Origin: Abditibacterium sp.
Lineage (GTDB): Bacteria; Armatimonadota; Abditibacteriia; Abditibacteriales; Abditibacteriaceae
Length of the DNA: 64,000 bases
NCBI GenBank assembly: GCA_965199495.1
Contig: CBDASK010000003.1
Location: forward strand, 3,840,001-3,904,000
Direction of reading: 5' to 3'
Part shown: positions 19,661 to 29,640 of the stretch, piece by piece
Layout of the letters: every line of letters begins with the position of its first letter
How positions within the stretch are numbered: position 1 is the stretch's first letter
Translations under genes and position numbers: made by a program
The notes under the pieces: generated by a model
Told to the model about the DNA's origin: nothing
What the model saw: the letters and a program-made list of their open reading frames with translations, nothing else
Databases searched by the model: none

Positions 19661-19832
19661 AATTGATGGACGCGATGCAGCCACGTCCGCCGTGGCTGCA
19701 TGGTGTGCCCGACTTTAAGTTAGCTCTCACTGGCGATAAATGTGATGGCACATTGCTCGCCTATTCTTGCCCGATTGTCCAGAAGTTGCTTTGGGACGCA
19801 ACTTGTCGCGCTCCGAGAAGTTGGAATCTGTC

Positions 19833-20753
19833 ATGTCTGCCAATCCCGCGTTTGTCGCGCCGCCCACGGAATTAGCGGCCTTGGTCGAGCGCTTCACCGG
19901 TTGCGATGGCGCGCACCAAACGGCGATTGAGGCGCTGACGCTCTACCGGTTTTCGCGGCCCGCGCAACCGTTTCACGGCGTTTACCGACCGGCGTTGTGT
20001 CTTATCCCGCAGGGCCGCAAGTTGGTGATGCTGGGCGATGAGACGTTGCAATACGATCCGTCCCACTTTTTGCTGAGCGCGGTCGAATTGCCGGTCGCCA
20101 CGCACACACTGGAAGCGACGCCGCAAACGCCTTATTTGGGGTTGCAACTCGAACTCGATCCGCGACAGATCGGCGCGCTGCTCGCCGAAACTGATTTGCC
20201 CAATTGTCCCGCTCGACAAGAGCCGACGCGCGGTTTGGCGGTCGGGCGCATTGACGCGCCGTTGCTCGATGCCGTGACGCGTTTGCTGCGCTTGCTGGAT
20301 CAGCCGCGACACATCGGCGCGCTCGCGCCGCTCGTCGTGCGCGAGATTTCGTATCTTTTGCTTGTGGGCGAGCAGGGCGACAAACTGCGGCGCATCGCCA
20401 CGCTCAACGGCGAAACGCGCGGTATCGGTGCGGCGCTCGATTGGATTAAAACCAATTTCGCGCAACCCTGTCGCATCGAAGAAATCGCTCAGCGCGCGCA
20501 TATGAGCCGTTCGGGTTTGCACCAGCACTTCAAGGCCGTGACCGCGATGACGCCGCTCCAATATCAAAAGCAGTTGCGTTTGCAGGAAGCGCGGCGCCTG
20601 ATGCTCAACGAGCGCGCCGATGCAGCCACGGCGTGCTATCGCGTGGGCTACGAAAGCCCGTCGCAGTTTTCGCGCGAGTATCGCCGGATGTTTGGCCAGT
20701 CGCCGCGCCGCGACATCGCGCGTTTGCGCGCGGCGCAATGGGACGCGCTTTGA
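19833..20753 (+). CDS. AraC-family regulator (AraC_N + HTH)
   Basis: QGRK.V.LG..Y, HFKAVTAMTPLQYQKQLRLQEARRLM, VGYESPSQFSREY. Confidence 0.95.
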   Translation: MSANPAFVAPPTELAALVERFTGCDGAHQTAIEALTLYRFSRPAQPFHGVYRPALCLIPQGRKLVMLGDETLQYDPSHFLLSAVELPVATHTLEATPQTPYLGLQLELDPRQIGALLAETDLPNCPARQEPTRGLAVGRIDAPLLDAVTRLLRLLDQPRHIGALAPLVVREISYLLLVGEQGDKLRRIATLNGETRGIGAALDWIKTNFAQPCRIEEIAQRAHMSRSGLHQHFKAVTAMTPLQYQKQLRLQEARRLMLNERADAATACYRVGYESPSQFSREYRRMFGQSPRRDIARLRAAQWDAL

Positions 20754-20803
20754 ACATCAAAGGCGCGCGAATTGCGACGCCGCCAACCAGCAGGAAAACA
20801 AAA

Positions 20804-21625
20804 ATGACAAACAAAATTTGGTTTATCACCGGAACATCGAAGGGCTTTGGCCGCATCTGGGCGCAGGCCGCGCTCGACCGAGGCGACAAAGTTATCGCCA
20901 CCGCGCGCGATTTGAACGACTTGAGCGATTTGCAAGACAAATACGGCGACAACGTTTTGACGCTGGCGCTCGACGTGACCGACAAAGATGCTTGTCGGGA
21001 AGCGGTGAAACGCGGCCATGACAAGTTTGGGCGTTTGGATGTTGTGGTCAACAACGCCGGTTACGGGCAGTTCGGCGCCGTCGAGGAGTTGAGCGAGCAA
21101 GATTTGCGCGACCAACTCGAAACCAATCTCTTCGGCGTTTTGTGGGTGACGCAAGCGGCGCTTCCGATTATGCGCGAGCAGGGAAGCGGGCGCATCATTC
21201 AAATTTCGAGTATTGCGGGCACGACGGCGTTTGCGCTCATCGGCGCTTATCACGCCAGCAAATGGGCGCTGGAAGGGCTGAGTCAATCGTTGGCTCTGGA
21301 AGTCAAAGATAGGGGCATTCACGTCACGCTCGTTGAGCCGGTCGGCTACTCGACCGATTGGGCCGGGCCGTCATCCAAAACCGCCGAGCCATTGCCCGCT
21401 TACGACTCCACGCGCGAGGCAATGCAGGAACGGCGCAAAAAGATGAAGACCGGCGACCCGCAAGCGACGGCTGCGGTGATGCTGCAATTGGCCGATATGG
21501 ACGAGCCGCCGTTGCGGATTTTCTTCGGCGATTGGGCCAACGGCATGATTCACGAAGAGTATCAAAAGCGTCTGGACGAGTGGGACAAATACCAAAACTT
21601 GAGCGTCGAGGCGATGGGAACTTAG
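20804..21625 (+). CDS. Short-chain dehydrogenase/reductase
   Basis: TGTSKGFG, NNAGYG, YHASK; start moved to MTNKIW behind aggaaa. Confidence 0.93.
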   Translation: MTNKIWFITGTSKGFGRIWAQAALDRGDKVIATARDLNDLSDLQDKYGDNVLTLALDVTDKDACREAVKRGHDKFGRLDVVVNNAGYGQFGAVEELSEQDLRDQLETNLFGVLWVTQAALPIMREQGSGRIIQISSIAGTTAFALIGAYHASKWALEGLSQSLALEVKDRGIHVTLVEPVGYSTDWAGPSSKTAEPLPAYDSTREAMQERRKKMKTGDPQATAAVMLQLADMDEPPLRIFFGDWANGMIHEEYQKRLDEWDKYQNLSVEAMGT

Positions 21626-21847
21626 ATCGGAGTAAAGCGCGGGTTTCAAGGATTTGAAATTCGCGCTTTGCTTTATCTGGCGCGAAAGGGCGCCTACAAG
21701 CGATAAAACAGACGAAGGTGGCTTTTGGCGTGAACACTTTCGATGCAATTAACCATGTTTAGAGGCCGCGCATCGGTTGCGCGTTGACCCGCGCCGCTAA
21801 AACAATGAAAATATAGAGGGCGCGTTTGGAATACGCCTCCCATTTTT

Positions 21848-22771
21848 ATGGTTTCTCACCCTTGTGATGTTGTGGTAATCGGTTCGGCGAACATGGATAT
21901 GACGGTGCGCTGCAAGCACCTGCCCATTCCCGGCCAAACGATTTTAGGCGATTCGTTCGTGACCAATCCCGGCGGCAAAGGCGCCAATCAAGCGTTCGCT
22001 TCGGCGCTGTGCGGCGCGACGACGCAACTGGTCGCGCGCGTGGGTAACGGCATGTTCGTGCCGCGCTTCATCGAAAATTATGAGCGCGTCGGCATGTCGC
22101 ACGATTATCTGATCCGCGACAAAAACACGCCATCGGGCACGGCGCTGATTTTCGTGGACGAAGAGGGCGAAAACATGATCGTCGTCGCACCCGGCGCCAA
22201 CCAAAAGCTCACGCCCGCAAACGTGGACGCGGCTCTACCCGCGATTCAGAACGCCAAAGTTGTGATTCTGCAATTGGAAATTCCGCTCGAAACCGTGATT
22301 CACGCGGCCCAACTCGCCAAACAAAACAACGCGACCGTCATTCTCAATCCGGCCCCGGTGCGCGCTTTGCCGCCCGCTTTGTTGGAAAATGTGGATATTA
22401 TCGTCGCCAACGAAATCGAAATCGCGATTTTAACCGGCGCCGAAGAAGTGGATACTTCAACCGCCGCACAGGCGTGCAAACCTTTAATTGAGGCGGGCGT
22501 GGATCACGTTATTACAACTTTGGGCAAAGATGGCGCTGTTATCACATCCGGCGATGGCGCGACCAAAGTGCGCGGCTTCAAAGTGGACGCCATTGATACC
22601 ACGTCGGCGGGCGATACTTTCGTCGGCGCCCTCGCTTGTGCGTTGACCGAGGGCAAATCGCTCGAAGACGCGACTTCGTTCGCCAACGCGGCGGGCGCGC
22701 TGACCTGCACCAAAATCGGCGCGCAACAAGCGATGCCCACGCGCGAAGAAGTGGACGCGATGCTCGCTTAA
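21848..22771 (+). CDS. rbsK: Ribokinase (PfkB family)
   Basis: GSANMD, GGKGANQA, QLEIP, NPAP, DTTSAGDTF. Confidence 0.92.
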   Translation: MVSHPCDVVVIGSANMDMTVRCKHLPIPGQTILGDSFVTNPGGKGANQAFASALCGATTQLVARVGNGMFVPRFIENYERVGMSHDYLIRDKNTPSGTALIFVDEEGENMIVVAPGANQKLTPANVDAALPAIQNAKVVILQLEIPLETVIHAAQLAKQNNATVILNPAPVRALPPALLENVDIIVANEIEIAILTGAEEVDTSTAAQACKPLIEAGVDHVITTLGKDGAVITSGDGATKVRGFKVDAIDTTSAGDTFVGALACALTEGKSLEDATSFANAAGALTCTKIGAQQAMPTREEVDAMLA

Positions 22772-22892
22772 CAGGAGACAGAAGACAGGAGACGAGGGAG
22801 ACAGAAGATTGAGGTCAGCGTAATATTCGCGTGTAAACTCAGACTTTACCTTTCGCGTTACGCCTACCAATTCTCCTGTCTCCTGTCTCCTG
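22772..22892. repeat. Inverted heptamer-tandem element family C copy 2
   Basis: caggaga-cagaaga-caggaga ... tctcctg-tctcctg-tctcctg. Confidence 0.75.
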
Positions 22893-22898
22893 AACACA

Positions 22899-24317
22899 AT
22901 GCCTTTTCTCGAACTGACTCCGCGCCAAATTGTGGCGCAACTCGATCAATATATCATCGGCCAAAACGGCGCCAAGCGCGCCGTGGCTGTGGCGCTGCGC
23001 AACCGCTTTCGGCGCGCCCAACTCGAACCCTCAATGCGCGCTGATGTCGCGCCCAAAAACATTTTGATGATCGGGCCAACTGGCGTCGGCAAAACCGAAA
23101 TCGCGCGCCGTCTGGCCTCGCTTGCCAACGCGCCCCTACTCAAAATTGAGGCGACGAAATTTACCGAATTGGGTTATGTTGGGCGCGATGTGGATTCCAT
23201 CGCGCGCGACTTGGTGGACGTATCTGTCGCGATGGTCGAGCGCGAACGTTTGGAAGAGGCCAAGCCGCGCGCCGAAACGGCGGCGCGCGAACGGTTGCTC
23301 GATTTGCTGGCGCCGCCACCGCGCGGGGCCGCGCAAAACGCGCCGGGCGGTGCCAATCCGTTTGGCGCCAATTTTCCCGGTTTGTGGCCGCAATCGCAGC
23401 CGCTCACCGAGACCGACCGCGTGCAGGCCGAACAAGCCAAACGTCTGCGTGACCGCATGAGCCAAAAATTGGATGCGGGCGAACTGGAAGATTCCGAAGT
23501 CGAACTCGAAGTCGAGGAAAAACGTGGCGGCAACGGCGGAATGCCGTTTATGATGATGGAAAGCGGCAGCGCCGATCTGGGTGAAATGCTGTCGGGCATG
23601 ATGCCGGGCACGCGCAAAAACCGCCGCATGAAAGTTTCCGAAGCGCGCGTAACTTTGGAAGCGCAGGAAGCCGAAAAACTGCTCGACCGCGACGCCATCG
23701 CTTCCGATGCCATCGCGCGCGCGCAGGAACGTGGCATTGTTTTCTTAGACGAAATCGATAAAATCGCCGGGCGCGGGGCCGGAAGCGGCGGCCCGCAGGT
23801 TTCGCGCGAAGGCGTGCAACGCGATTTGTTGCCGCTCGTGGAAGGCGCGACGGTTTCGACGAAATACGGGCCAGTCAAAACCGATCACGTTTTGTTCATT
23901 GCGGCGGGCGCGTTTCACGTTTCCAAGCCGAGCGATTTAATTCCCGAACTGCAAGGAAGATTTCCGGTTCGCGTCGAGTTAGAGCCGCTCATCGAAGACG
24001 ACTTGCGGCGCATTCTGGCCGAGCCGCATCATTCGCTGTTGCAGCAATATTCGGCGCTGTTGGGCGCCGATGGCGTGCAAATCGAGTGGAGCGACGAAGG
24101 CATCGCCGAAATCGCGCGCTTGGCGATTCAGGTCAATCACTCGACCGAAGACATCGGCGCGCGCCGACTTCATACGTTGCTGGAAAAAGTGTTGGAAGAA
24201 GTCGCGTTCGAGGCGCCCGAAGGCGACGAATCGAAAATCGTCGTGGACAGATTTTACGTGCGCGCGCGTTTGGCGCATTTGATTGACGACGACGAACTCA
24301 GCCGCATGATGTTGTAA
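22899..24317 (+). CDS. hslU: ATP-dependent protease ATPase subunit HslU/ClpY
   Basis: PKNILMIGPTGVGKTEIARRLA, GYVGRDV, DEIDKI, SREGVQRDLLP, ELQGRFP, IGARRLHT. Confidence 0.96.
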   Translation: MPFLELTPRQIVAQLDQYIIGQNGAKRAVAVALRNRFRRAQLEPSMRADVAPKNILMIGPTGVGKTEIARRLASLANAPLLKIEATKFTELGYVGRDVDSIARDLVDVSVAMVERERLEEAKPRAETAARERLLDLLAPPPRGAAQNAPGGANPFGANFPGLWPQSQPLTETDRVQAEQAKRLRDRMSQKLDAGELEDSEVELEVEEKRGGNGGMPFMMMESGSADLGEMLSGMMPGTRKNRRMKVSEARVTLEAQEAEKLLDRDAIASDAIARAQERGIVFLDEIDKIAGRGAGSGGPQVSREGVQRDLLPLVEGATVSTKYGPVKTDHVLFIAAGAFHVSKPSDLIPELQGRFPVRVELEPLIEDDLRRILAEPHHSLLQQYSALLGADGVQIEWSDEGIAEIARLAIQVNHSTEDIGARRLHTLLEKVLEEVAFEAPEGDESKIVVDRFYVRARLAHLIDDDELSRMML

Positions 24318-24332
24318 GTTTGCGAAGATATT

Positions 24333-24449
24333 ATGGATGAAAATGGGAAAATATTTTTACTGACTTTGATTGGAACTTTGGTAACGCTTGTATTTATCTG
24401 CGTTCTTATTTTCTTCGTGTCCTTGATTCTTAGCCATAGCGTGCTTTAG
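24333..24449 (+). CDS. Putative 38-aa single-TM microprotein (not in ORF track)
   Basis: MDENGKIFLLTLIGTLVTLVFICVLIFFVSLILSHSVL*, fills the hslU-gmd gap in the same orientation. Confidence 0.5.
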   Translation: MDENGKIFLLTLIGTLVTLVFICVLIFFVSLILSHSVL

Positions 24450-24463
24450 AGATTAGAAAATTT

Positions 24464-25468
24464 ATGCCCAACGCACTTATTACCGGAATTAACGGGCAAG
24501 ACGGCGCCTACTTAGCGCATTTGCTCATCGGGCGCGGCTATCGCGTTTGGGGCGCGATGCGTTATGAGTCGTGGAGTGCAGCCACGCCGTCGCGGGCGCT
24601 GACAGCTTTGGGCGTCGCCGACCAAATCGCGCTGTTGCCGGTGGATTTCGAGAGCGTGCCTTCGCTGGCGTGCGCGATTTCGGCGGCGCAGCCCGACGAG
24701 ATTTATAATCTGGCGGCGCAAAGTTCGGTCGCGGCCTCGTTCCAAGAGCCGACGCAAACCGGCGAAGTCACGGCCTTAGGCGTGGCGCGCTTGCTGGAAG
24801 CGGCTCGCTCGATCAAGCCCGACGCGAAATTTTATCAAGCGGGCAGTTCCGAAATGTTCGGCATCGCGCGCGAAACGCCCCAAGTCGAAACCACGCCGTT
24901 TTATCCGCGCTCGCCCTATGGCGTGGCCAAGGTTTATGCGCATTGGATGACGGTGAATTCGCGCGAGGCTTACGACGTTTTCGCGTGCAACGGCATTTTG
25001 TTCAACCACGAATCGCCCCTGCGCCCGGAAAAGTTCGTGACGCGCAAAATCTGCGCGGGCGTCGCGCGCATCAAAGCCGGATTGGACAAAGAATTGGTTT
25101 TGGGCAATTTGGACGTGTCGCGCGATTGGGGTTTCGCGGGCGATTATGTTGCCGCGATGTTCGCCATGATGCAAGCCACAGCGCCCGACGATTACATTAT
25201 TGCGACGGGCGAAGTGCAGACGCTGCGCAATTTCGTGGTCGGCGCGTTCGATTGTGTTGATCTGGATTGGGAAAAATATGTGCGCATTGACCCGGCGTTT
25301 TTCCGCCCGACCGAAGTCAACATCGTCGTCGGTGACCCGACCAAGGCGCGCGAAAAATTGGGTTGGGAGCCGTCAATGAATTTTGCCGAACTCATCGAGT
25401 TTTTGATGGAAGCCGAAATGCACCGCGTCAACGGTCGGCCCGATTTGGTGCGTTATTATCCCTCGTAG
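24464..25468 (+). CDS. gmd: GDP-mannose 4,6-dehydratase
   Basis: TGINGQDGAYL, YNLAAQS, SSEMFG, PFYPRSPYGVAK, LFNHESP, FVTRKI, RDWG. Confidence 0.95.
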   Translation: MPNALITGINGQDGAYLAHLLIGRGYRVWGAMRYESWSAATPSRALTALGVADQIALLPVDFESVPSLACAISAAQPDEIYNLAAQSSVAASFQEPTQTGEVTALGVARLLEAARSIKPDAKFYQAGSSEMFGIARETPQVETTPFYPRSPYGVAKVYAHWMTVNSREAYDVFACNGILFNHESPLRPEKFVTRKICAGVARIKAGLDKELVLGNLDVSRDWGFAGDYVAAMFAMMQATAPDDYIIATGEVQTLRNFVVGAFDCVDLDWEKYVRIDPAFFRPTEVNIVVGDPTKAREKLGWEPSMNFAELIEFLMEAEMHRVNGRPDLVRYYPS

Positions 25469-25551
25469 GGGCGGGGTTCTCCCGCCCGATTACAAAATTC
25501 CGATAAGTCGCTGACGGCGATACCATTTGGGCGGGAGAACCCCGCCCCTAC
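25465..25551. repeat. GTAG-type REP doublet (second sequence type)
   Basis: gtaggggcggggttctcccgccc ... gggcgggagaaccccgcccctac, perfect 23-bp arms; provides the gmd TAG stop. Confidence 0.85.
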
Positions 25552-25596
25552 AATTGACGTGGCCGCGACATTTGTAACTTCTGCGCGCAAATTTTA

Positions 25597-26808
25597 ATGT
25601 TCGATTCTCTTCCCATTCATCCCGCCGATGTGCGCGCAGCGCAAACGCGCATCGCGGGCGGCGTGAAACGCACGCCGTGTCGCCGGACGAATTTAGCGGG
25701 TTTAGACCTGTTTCTCAAGTTCGATAATCGCCAGGAAACCCATTCGTTCAAAGAGCGGGGCGCGCTCAACAAACTGCTGTGCCTGAGCGACGACGAAAAA
25801 GCGCGCGGCGTTATCACGGCTTCGGCGGGCAATCATGCGCAGGCGGTGGCTTGTCACGCCGGGCGGTTGGGCATTACGGCGCTGATCGCGATGCCGGTTG
25901 GCACGCCCTTCAACAAAATCTTGCGCACGCGCTCTTATGGCGCTGATGTGGTTTTGCATGGCGATAATTACGACGAAGCGCAAACTCACGCGCGCACGTT
26001 GGCGCAGCAGACCGGCAAAGTTTGGGTCGCGGCGTTCGATGATCCGCTCGTGATGGCCGGGCAGGGCACGCTCGGTTTAGAAATGCTCGAAGATTGGCCT
26101 GACCTCGATTGTTTGGTGATTCCCATCGGCGGCGGCGGGCTGATTGCGGGTTGCGCGGTCGCGGCCAAATCGGTCAATCCCGACATCGAAATCATCGGCG
26201 TGCAGTCGGCGCTTTATCCGGCGATGAAAGAAGTCATCGAAGGCCGCTCGCTGCCCCAACGGCGCGGACGATCCATCGCCGAAGGCATCGCGGTCAAGGA
26301 ACCGGGTGTTTTAACGCGAGAGGTCGTGGCGGCGCTGGTTTCGCGCATCGAATTGGTGGACGAACATCAAATCGAGGACGCGATCAATCTGTTGCTCGAA
26401 GAAGAAAAAACCCTCGCCGAAGGCGCGGGCGCGGCGGGCGTGGCTTATGTTTTGGCGCATTCCGATGAGTTCAGGGGCAAGAAAGTCGGACTGCCGATTT
26501 GTGGCGGCAACCTCGATATGCGGATGCTGGCGACCTGTTTAATGCGCGGATTGGCGCGCGGTGGCCGCATCGCCGCCCTCACGATTTTGCTGGACGATGT
26601 GCCGGGCGGGTTGGCGCGCAGCACCGAAATCATCGCGCGCGAAGGCGGCAACGTCATCGAAGTCCAGCATCAGCGCCAGTTCGGCATCACCGGCTCGCAG
26701 GTCGAACTCAATATCACTGTTGAAACGCAAGACAAAGCGCATTTGCAAGATATTTTGGGCGCCCTGCGCGCGCAAGACTTGAACGTAATTTCGCATCACG
26801 CGGCGTGA
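25597..26808 (+). CDS. ilvA: Threonine ammonia-lyase with C-terminal ACT domain
   Basis: SFKERGA PLP lysine, SAGNHAQ, GQGT, IGGGGL, CGGN, ACT-like tail. Confidence 0.9.
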   Translation: MFDSLPIHPADVRAAQTRIAGGVKRTPCRRTNLAGLDLFLKFDNRQETHSFKERGALNKLLCLSDDEKARGVITASAGNHAQAVACHAGRLGITALIAMPVGTPFNKILRTRSYGADVVLHGDNYDEAQTHARTLAQQTGKVWVAAFDDPLVMAGQGTLGLEMLEDWPDLDCLVIPIGGGGLIAGCAVAAKSVNPDIEIIGVQSALYPAMKEVIEGRSLPQRRGRSIAEGIAVKEPGVLTREVVAALVSRIELVDEHQIEDAINLLLEEEKTLAEGAGAAGVAYVLAHSDEFRGKKVGLPICGGNLDMRMLATCLMRGLARGGRIAALTILLDDVPGGLARSTEIIAREGGNVIEVQHQRQFGITGSQVELNITVETQDKAHLQDILGALRAQDLNVISHHAA

Positions 26809-26834
26809 TTTGTAAATTTAGGGGAACAACTTTG

Positions 26835-26965
26835 CCACAAAAACACAGAAATCACAAAGGGCACAAAAATTCAAAAATACTTAGTCGAACTTTCTTCATT
26901 GAAATAATGTTCTTCAAAACCTTTGGCATTTTTTTGTGCCCTTTGTGATTTCTGTGTTTTTGTGG
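26835..26965. repeat. Inverted-repeat element family B copy 3
   Basis: Perfect 35-bp arms ccacaaaaacacagaaatcacaaagggcacaaaaa and reverse complement. Confidence 0.85.
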
Positions 26966-26995
26966 TCAAAAATCGTTCGCCTAAATCCGCGACAC

Positions 26996-27135
26996 TATAG
27001 CCCTTCTCGCTCAGTAAGCTACAATGTCCAGCGGGGCTGACGCCTCCTTCCAATCGATAAAGTTCCTAAAAAGCCCGTTGATTGGAAGGAGGCGTCAGCC
27101 CCGCTGTTGTAGTCTCTACCCTGTTAAGGGCTATA
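26996..27135. repeat. Nested inverted-repeat element family F
   Basis: Outer tatagccctt/aagggctata, middle ctacaa/ttgtag, inner perfect 27-bp cagcggggctgacgcctccttccaatc (27029-27055) / 27080-27106. Confidence 0.8.
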
Positions 27136-27148
27136 TCTTCCATCCCCT

Positions 27149-28666
27149 ATGAAAAAGCCCCTCAACGTTTTGCTTATCACCAGCGACCAGCAACATTGGA
27201 CGGCGTTGGGCGCGGTCAACGACAAAATTAAAACGCCCAATCTCGACCGTTTATGCACCCAAGGCACACGTTTCACCCGCGCTTATTGTCCCAACCCAAC
27301 TTGCACGCCGACGCGCGCTTCGATCCTCACCGGGCAATACCCTTCGACGCACGGCGCGTGGAGTCTGGGCACCAAACTGAGCGAAGATGCTCTCACCGTC
27401 GGCGACATTTTTCGCGATAACGGTTACCAGACTTTTCTCATCGGCAAAGCGCATTTTCAGCCGCTCGCCAGCGCGCCCGATCAAATGTCGGTCGAGTGTC
27501 AGCCGACGCTACGCGATTTAGATTTCTGGCGCGCGTTCAACGACACTCACACGCCGTGGTATGGTTTCGATCACGTCGAACTGGCGCGCAATCACGCCGA
27601 CGAAGCGCACGCCGGGCAACATTACGCGATTTGGCTCGAAGAACACGGCTTGACAAACTGGCGCGACTATTTCAGCGACCCGGAAACCGGCCAGCCCCAA
27701 CGTTATGGCGCGTGGGATTTGCCCGCCGAACTGCATTACACAACGTGGACGGCAGAGCGCACGATTGCTTCAATTGAAGCAGCCACGGCGGCGGGTAAGC
27801 CGTTCTTTGGCTGGGCGAGTTTTCACGATCCGCATCTGCCTTATCTTGTGCCCAGCCCGTGGTCAGAAATGTATAATCCCGCCGACATGGAGCCGGGAAC
27901 ATTGCTCGAAAACGAGATGGAATTGCTGCCCGAACATTTCCGCCTGACGCAACAAGAAAACCCCGATTATTCGGCGTATCGCGAAACTCGATTCGAGAAT
28001 CACGGTTTTCATACTCATCTGCAAGACGCCGAAAAAGGCCAGCGCGACATGGCTCTTTATTATGGCATGGTCAGTTTCATGGACGAGCAAATCGGGCGCA
28101 TTTTGGATGCGTTAGACGAGCAGGGCATCGCCGAGAATACGCTCCTTGTTTTCACGACCGATCACGGACATTTTCTGGGACAGCACGGTTTGTGGTTCAA
28201 AGGCGCGTTTCACTACGAGGATGTTTTGCGGTTGCCGTTCATCGCCCGTTGGCCCAATCACATTGCGGCGGGCGCTCAATGCGACGCGTTGCAAAGTCTG
28301 GTAGATTTGGCGCCGACGTTTCTGGCCGCGTGCGAATTGCCGGTTCCCGGTTCGATGCAGGGCGTGAACCAGTTGCCGGTTTGGGAGGGCGAATCCGAAA
28401 GTGCGCGCGACGAAGTCATCGTCGAATTTCGCCATCAGCCGACGCGTGTTCACCTGCGCACTCTCGTGACGGAGCGTTATAAATTGACGATTTATCGCGA
28501 GCAAAATTATGGCGAACTGTTCGATTTGCACGCCGATCCCGACGAACGCCGCAACCTGTGGGACGACGTGGCTGCATCGGGCGTCAAGGCCGAAATGTTT
28601 CAAAAGTTAGCTTACGCCGAAATCCGCCGCGAACCGACGACACTTTCGCGGATCGCGGGCGCGTGA
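27149..28666 (+). CDS. Sulfatase (formylglycine-dependent)
   Basis: NVLLITSDQ, KTPNLDRL, CTPTRASILTG (CxPxR), GKAH, DPH, TTDHG. Confidence 0.94.
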   Translation: MKKPLNVLLITSDQQHWTALGAVNDKIKTPNLDRLCTQGTRFTRAYCPNPTCTPTRASILTGQYPSTHGAWSLGTKLSEDALTVGDIFRDNGYQTFLIGKAHFQPLASAPDQMSVECQPTLRDLDFWRAFNDTHTPWYGFDHVELARNHADEAHAGQHYAIWLEEHGLTNWRDYFSDPETGQPQRYGAWDLPAELHYTTWTAERTIASIEAATAAGKPFFGWASFHDPHLPYLVPSPWSEMYNPADMEPGTLLENEMELLPEHFRLTQQENPDYSAYRETRFENHGFHTHLQDAEKGQRDMALYYGMVSFMDEQIGRILDALDEQGIAENTLLVFTTDHGHFLGQHGLWFKGAFHYEDVLRLPFIARWPNHIAAGAQCDALQSLVDLAPTFLAACELPVPGSMQGVNQLPVWEGESESARDEVIVEFRHQPTRVHLRTLVTERYKLTIYREQNYGELFDLHADPDERRNLWDDVAASGVKAEMFQKLAYAEIRREPTTLSRIAGA

Positions 28667-28723
28667 GAACGTGTTCTGTATCGTTTTGCGCAGTTGAGCG
28701 ATAGTCACCTAATTAGCTTTCCT

Positions 28724-28860
28724 CTTTGTCATTCTGAGCGAAGAGAGGGACGAACGAAGTCGAAGAATCCAACGGTTGCGTATTAACTTTGCTTTTGCCT
28801 CGCCCAGAGTCATGGATTCTTCGACTTCGTTCGTCCCTCTCTTCGCTCAGAATGACAAAG
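28724..28860. repeat. Inverted-repeat element family D (GTCATTCTGAGC...GAAGAATC) copy 1
   Basis: Perfect 48-bp arms 28724-28771 / 28813-28860. Confidence 0.9.
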
Positions 28861-28903
28861 TGGGAGAAATAATTGATTCTAATCGCGTAAAATAGTGAAT
28901 AAT

Positions 28904-29539
28904 TTAACGCCCGAAAAATCGGTTTTCCAGCGCAATTGCCAGCGCGTGATAGATTGGCAGATGGCGCTCCTGAATTTCGTGCGTCACATCGCAGGGCACG
29001 CAAATCGTAATGTCGCAGAGCGCTTTCATCGCGCCGCCGCTGTGGCCAGTTAGACCGATAGTTTGGAGGCCTTTAACTTTGGCGACGCGCAGCGCGTTCA
29101 GCACATTCGTCGAGTTGCCCGAAGTCGTGATGGCCAGCAAAACGTCGCCACTTTGGCCGTAGCCCCAGACCTGCTGAGCGAACATCGCATCGGGCGCGCC
29201 ATCATTAGCTACGGCGGTCGAGAGCGAATTGTGGCCGGTGAGGGCAATTGCGGGCAAGGCGCCTTCCAATTGGGCAGCCACGGCGGCGCCTTCGGCGCCA
29301 AAATAGTCGGCAAAACGCGCGCGCTCGGCGCTCGAAAGCGCGCGCTTGAGAATGAAACCCTTCATCAATTCGGCGACCAGATGTTCGCTGTCGGCGGCGC
29401 TGCCGCCGTTGCCGCACACCAAAAGTTTGCTGCCGCTCGCGAAACTGCGCTCTAACATCGCGCACGCGTTTTCGATGTCGGCGTGACACGGCTGGAGATC
29501 GGGATAATTGCGCACGAGGGCGGAAAAAACGGGATTCAT
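28904..29539 (-). CDS. gmhA: Phosphoheptose isomerase (SIS domain)
   Basis: CGNGGSAADSEH, AVAND, TTSGNS.NV, IQERH..IYH. Confidence 0.88.
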   Translation of the reverse strand: MNPVFSALVRNYPDLQPCHADIENACAMLERSFASGSKLLVCGNGGSAADSEHLVAELMKGFILKRALSSAERARFADYFGAEGAAVAAQLEGALPAIALTGHNSLSTAVANDGAPDAMFAQQVWGYGQSGDVLLAITTSGNSTNVLNALRVAKVKGLQTIGLTGHSGGAMKALCDITICVPCDVTHEIQERHLPIYHALAIALENRFFGR

Positions 29540-29640
29540 AAATTGCGGATGTCGCGAGTTTAACAAGCGCTCGCGCGCTGATTTTTTCGCTTCGCCCGAT
29601 GGAGGCGGCGCGGTTAAACTTGTAAGTTAGTTAAATTGCC

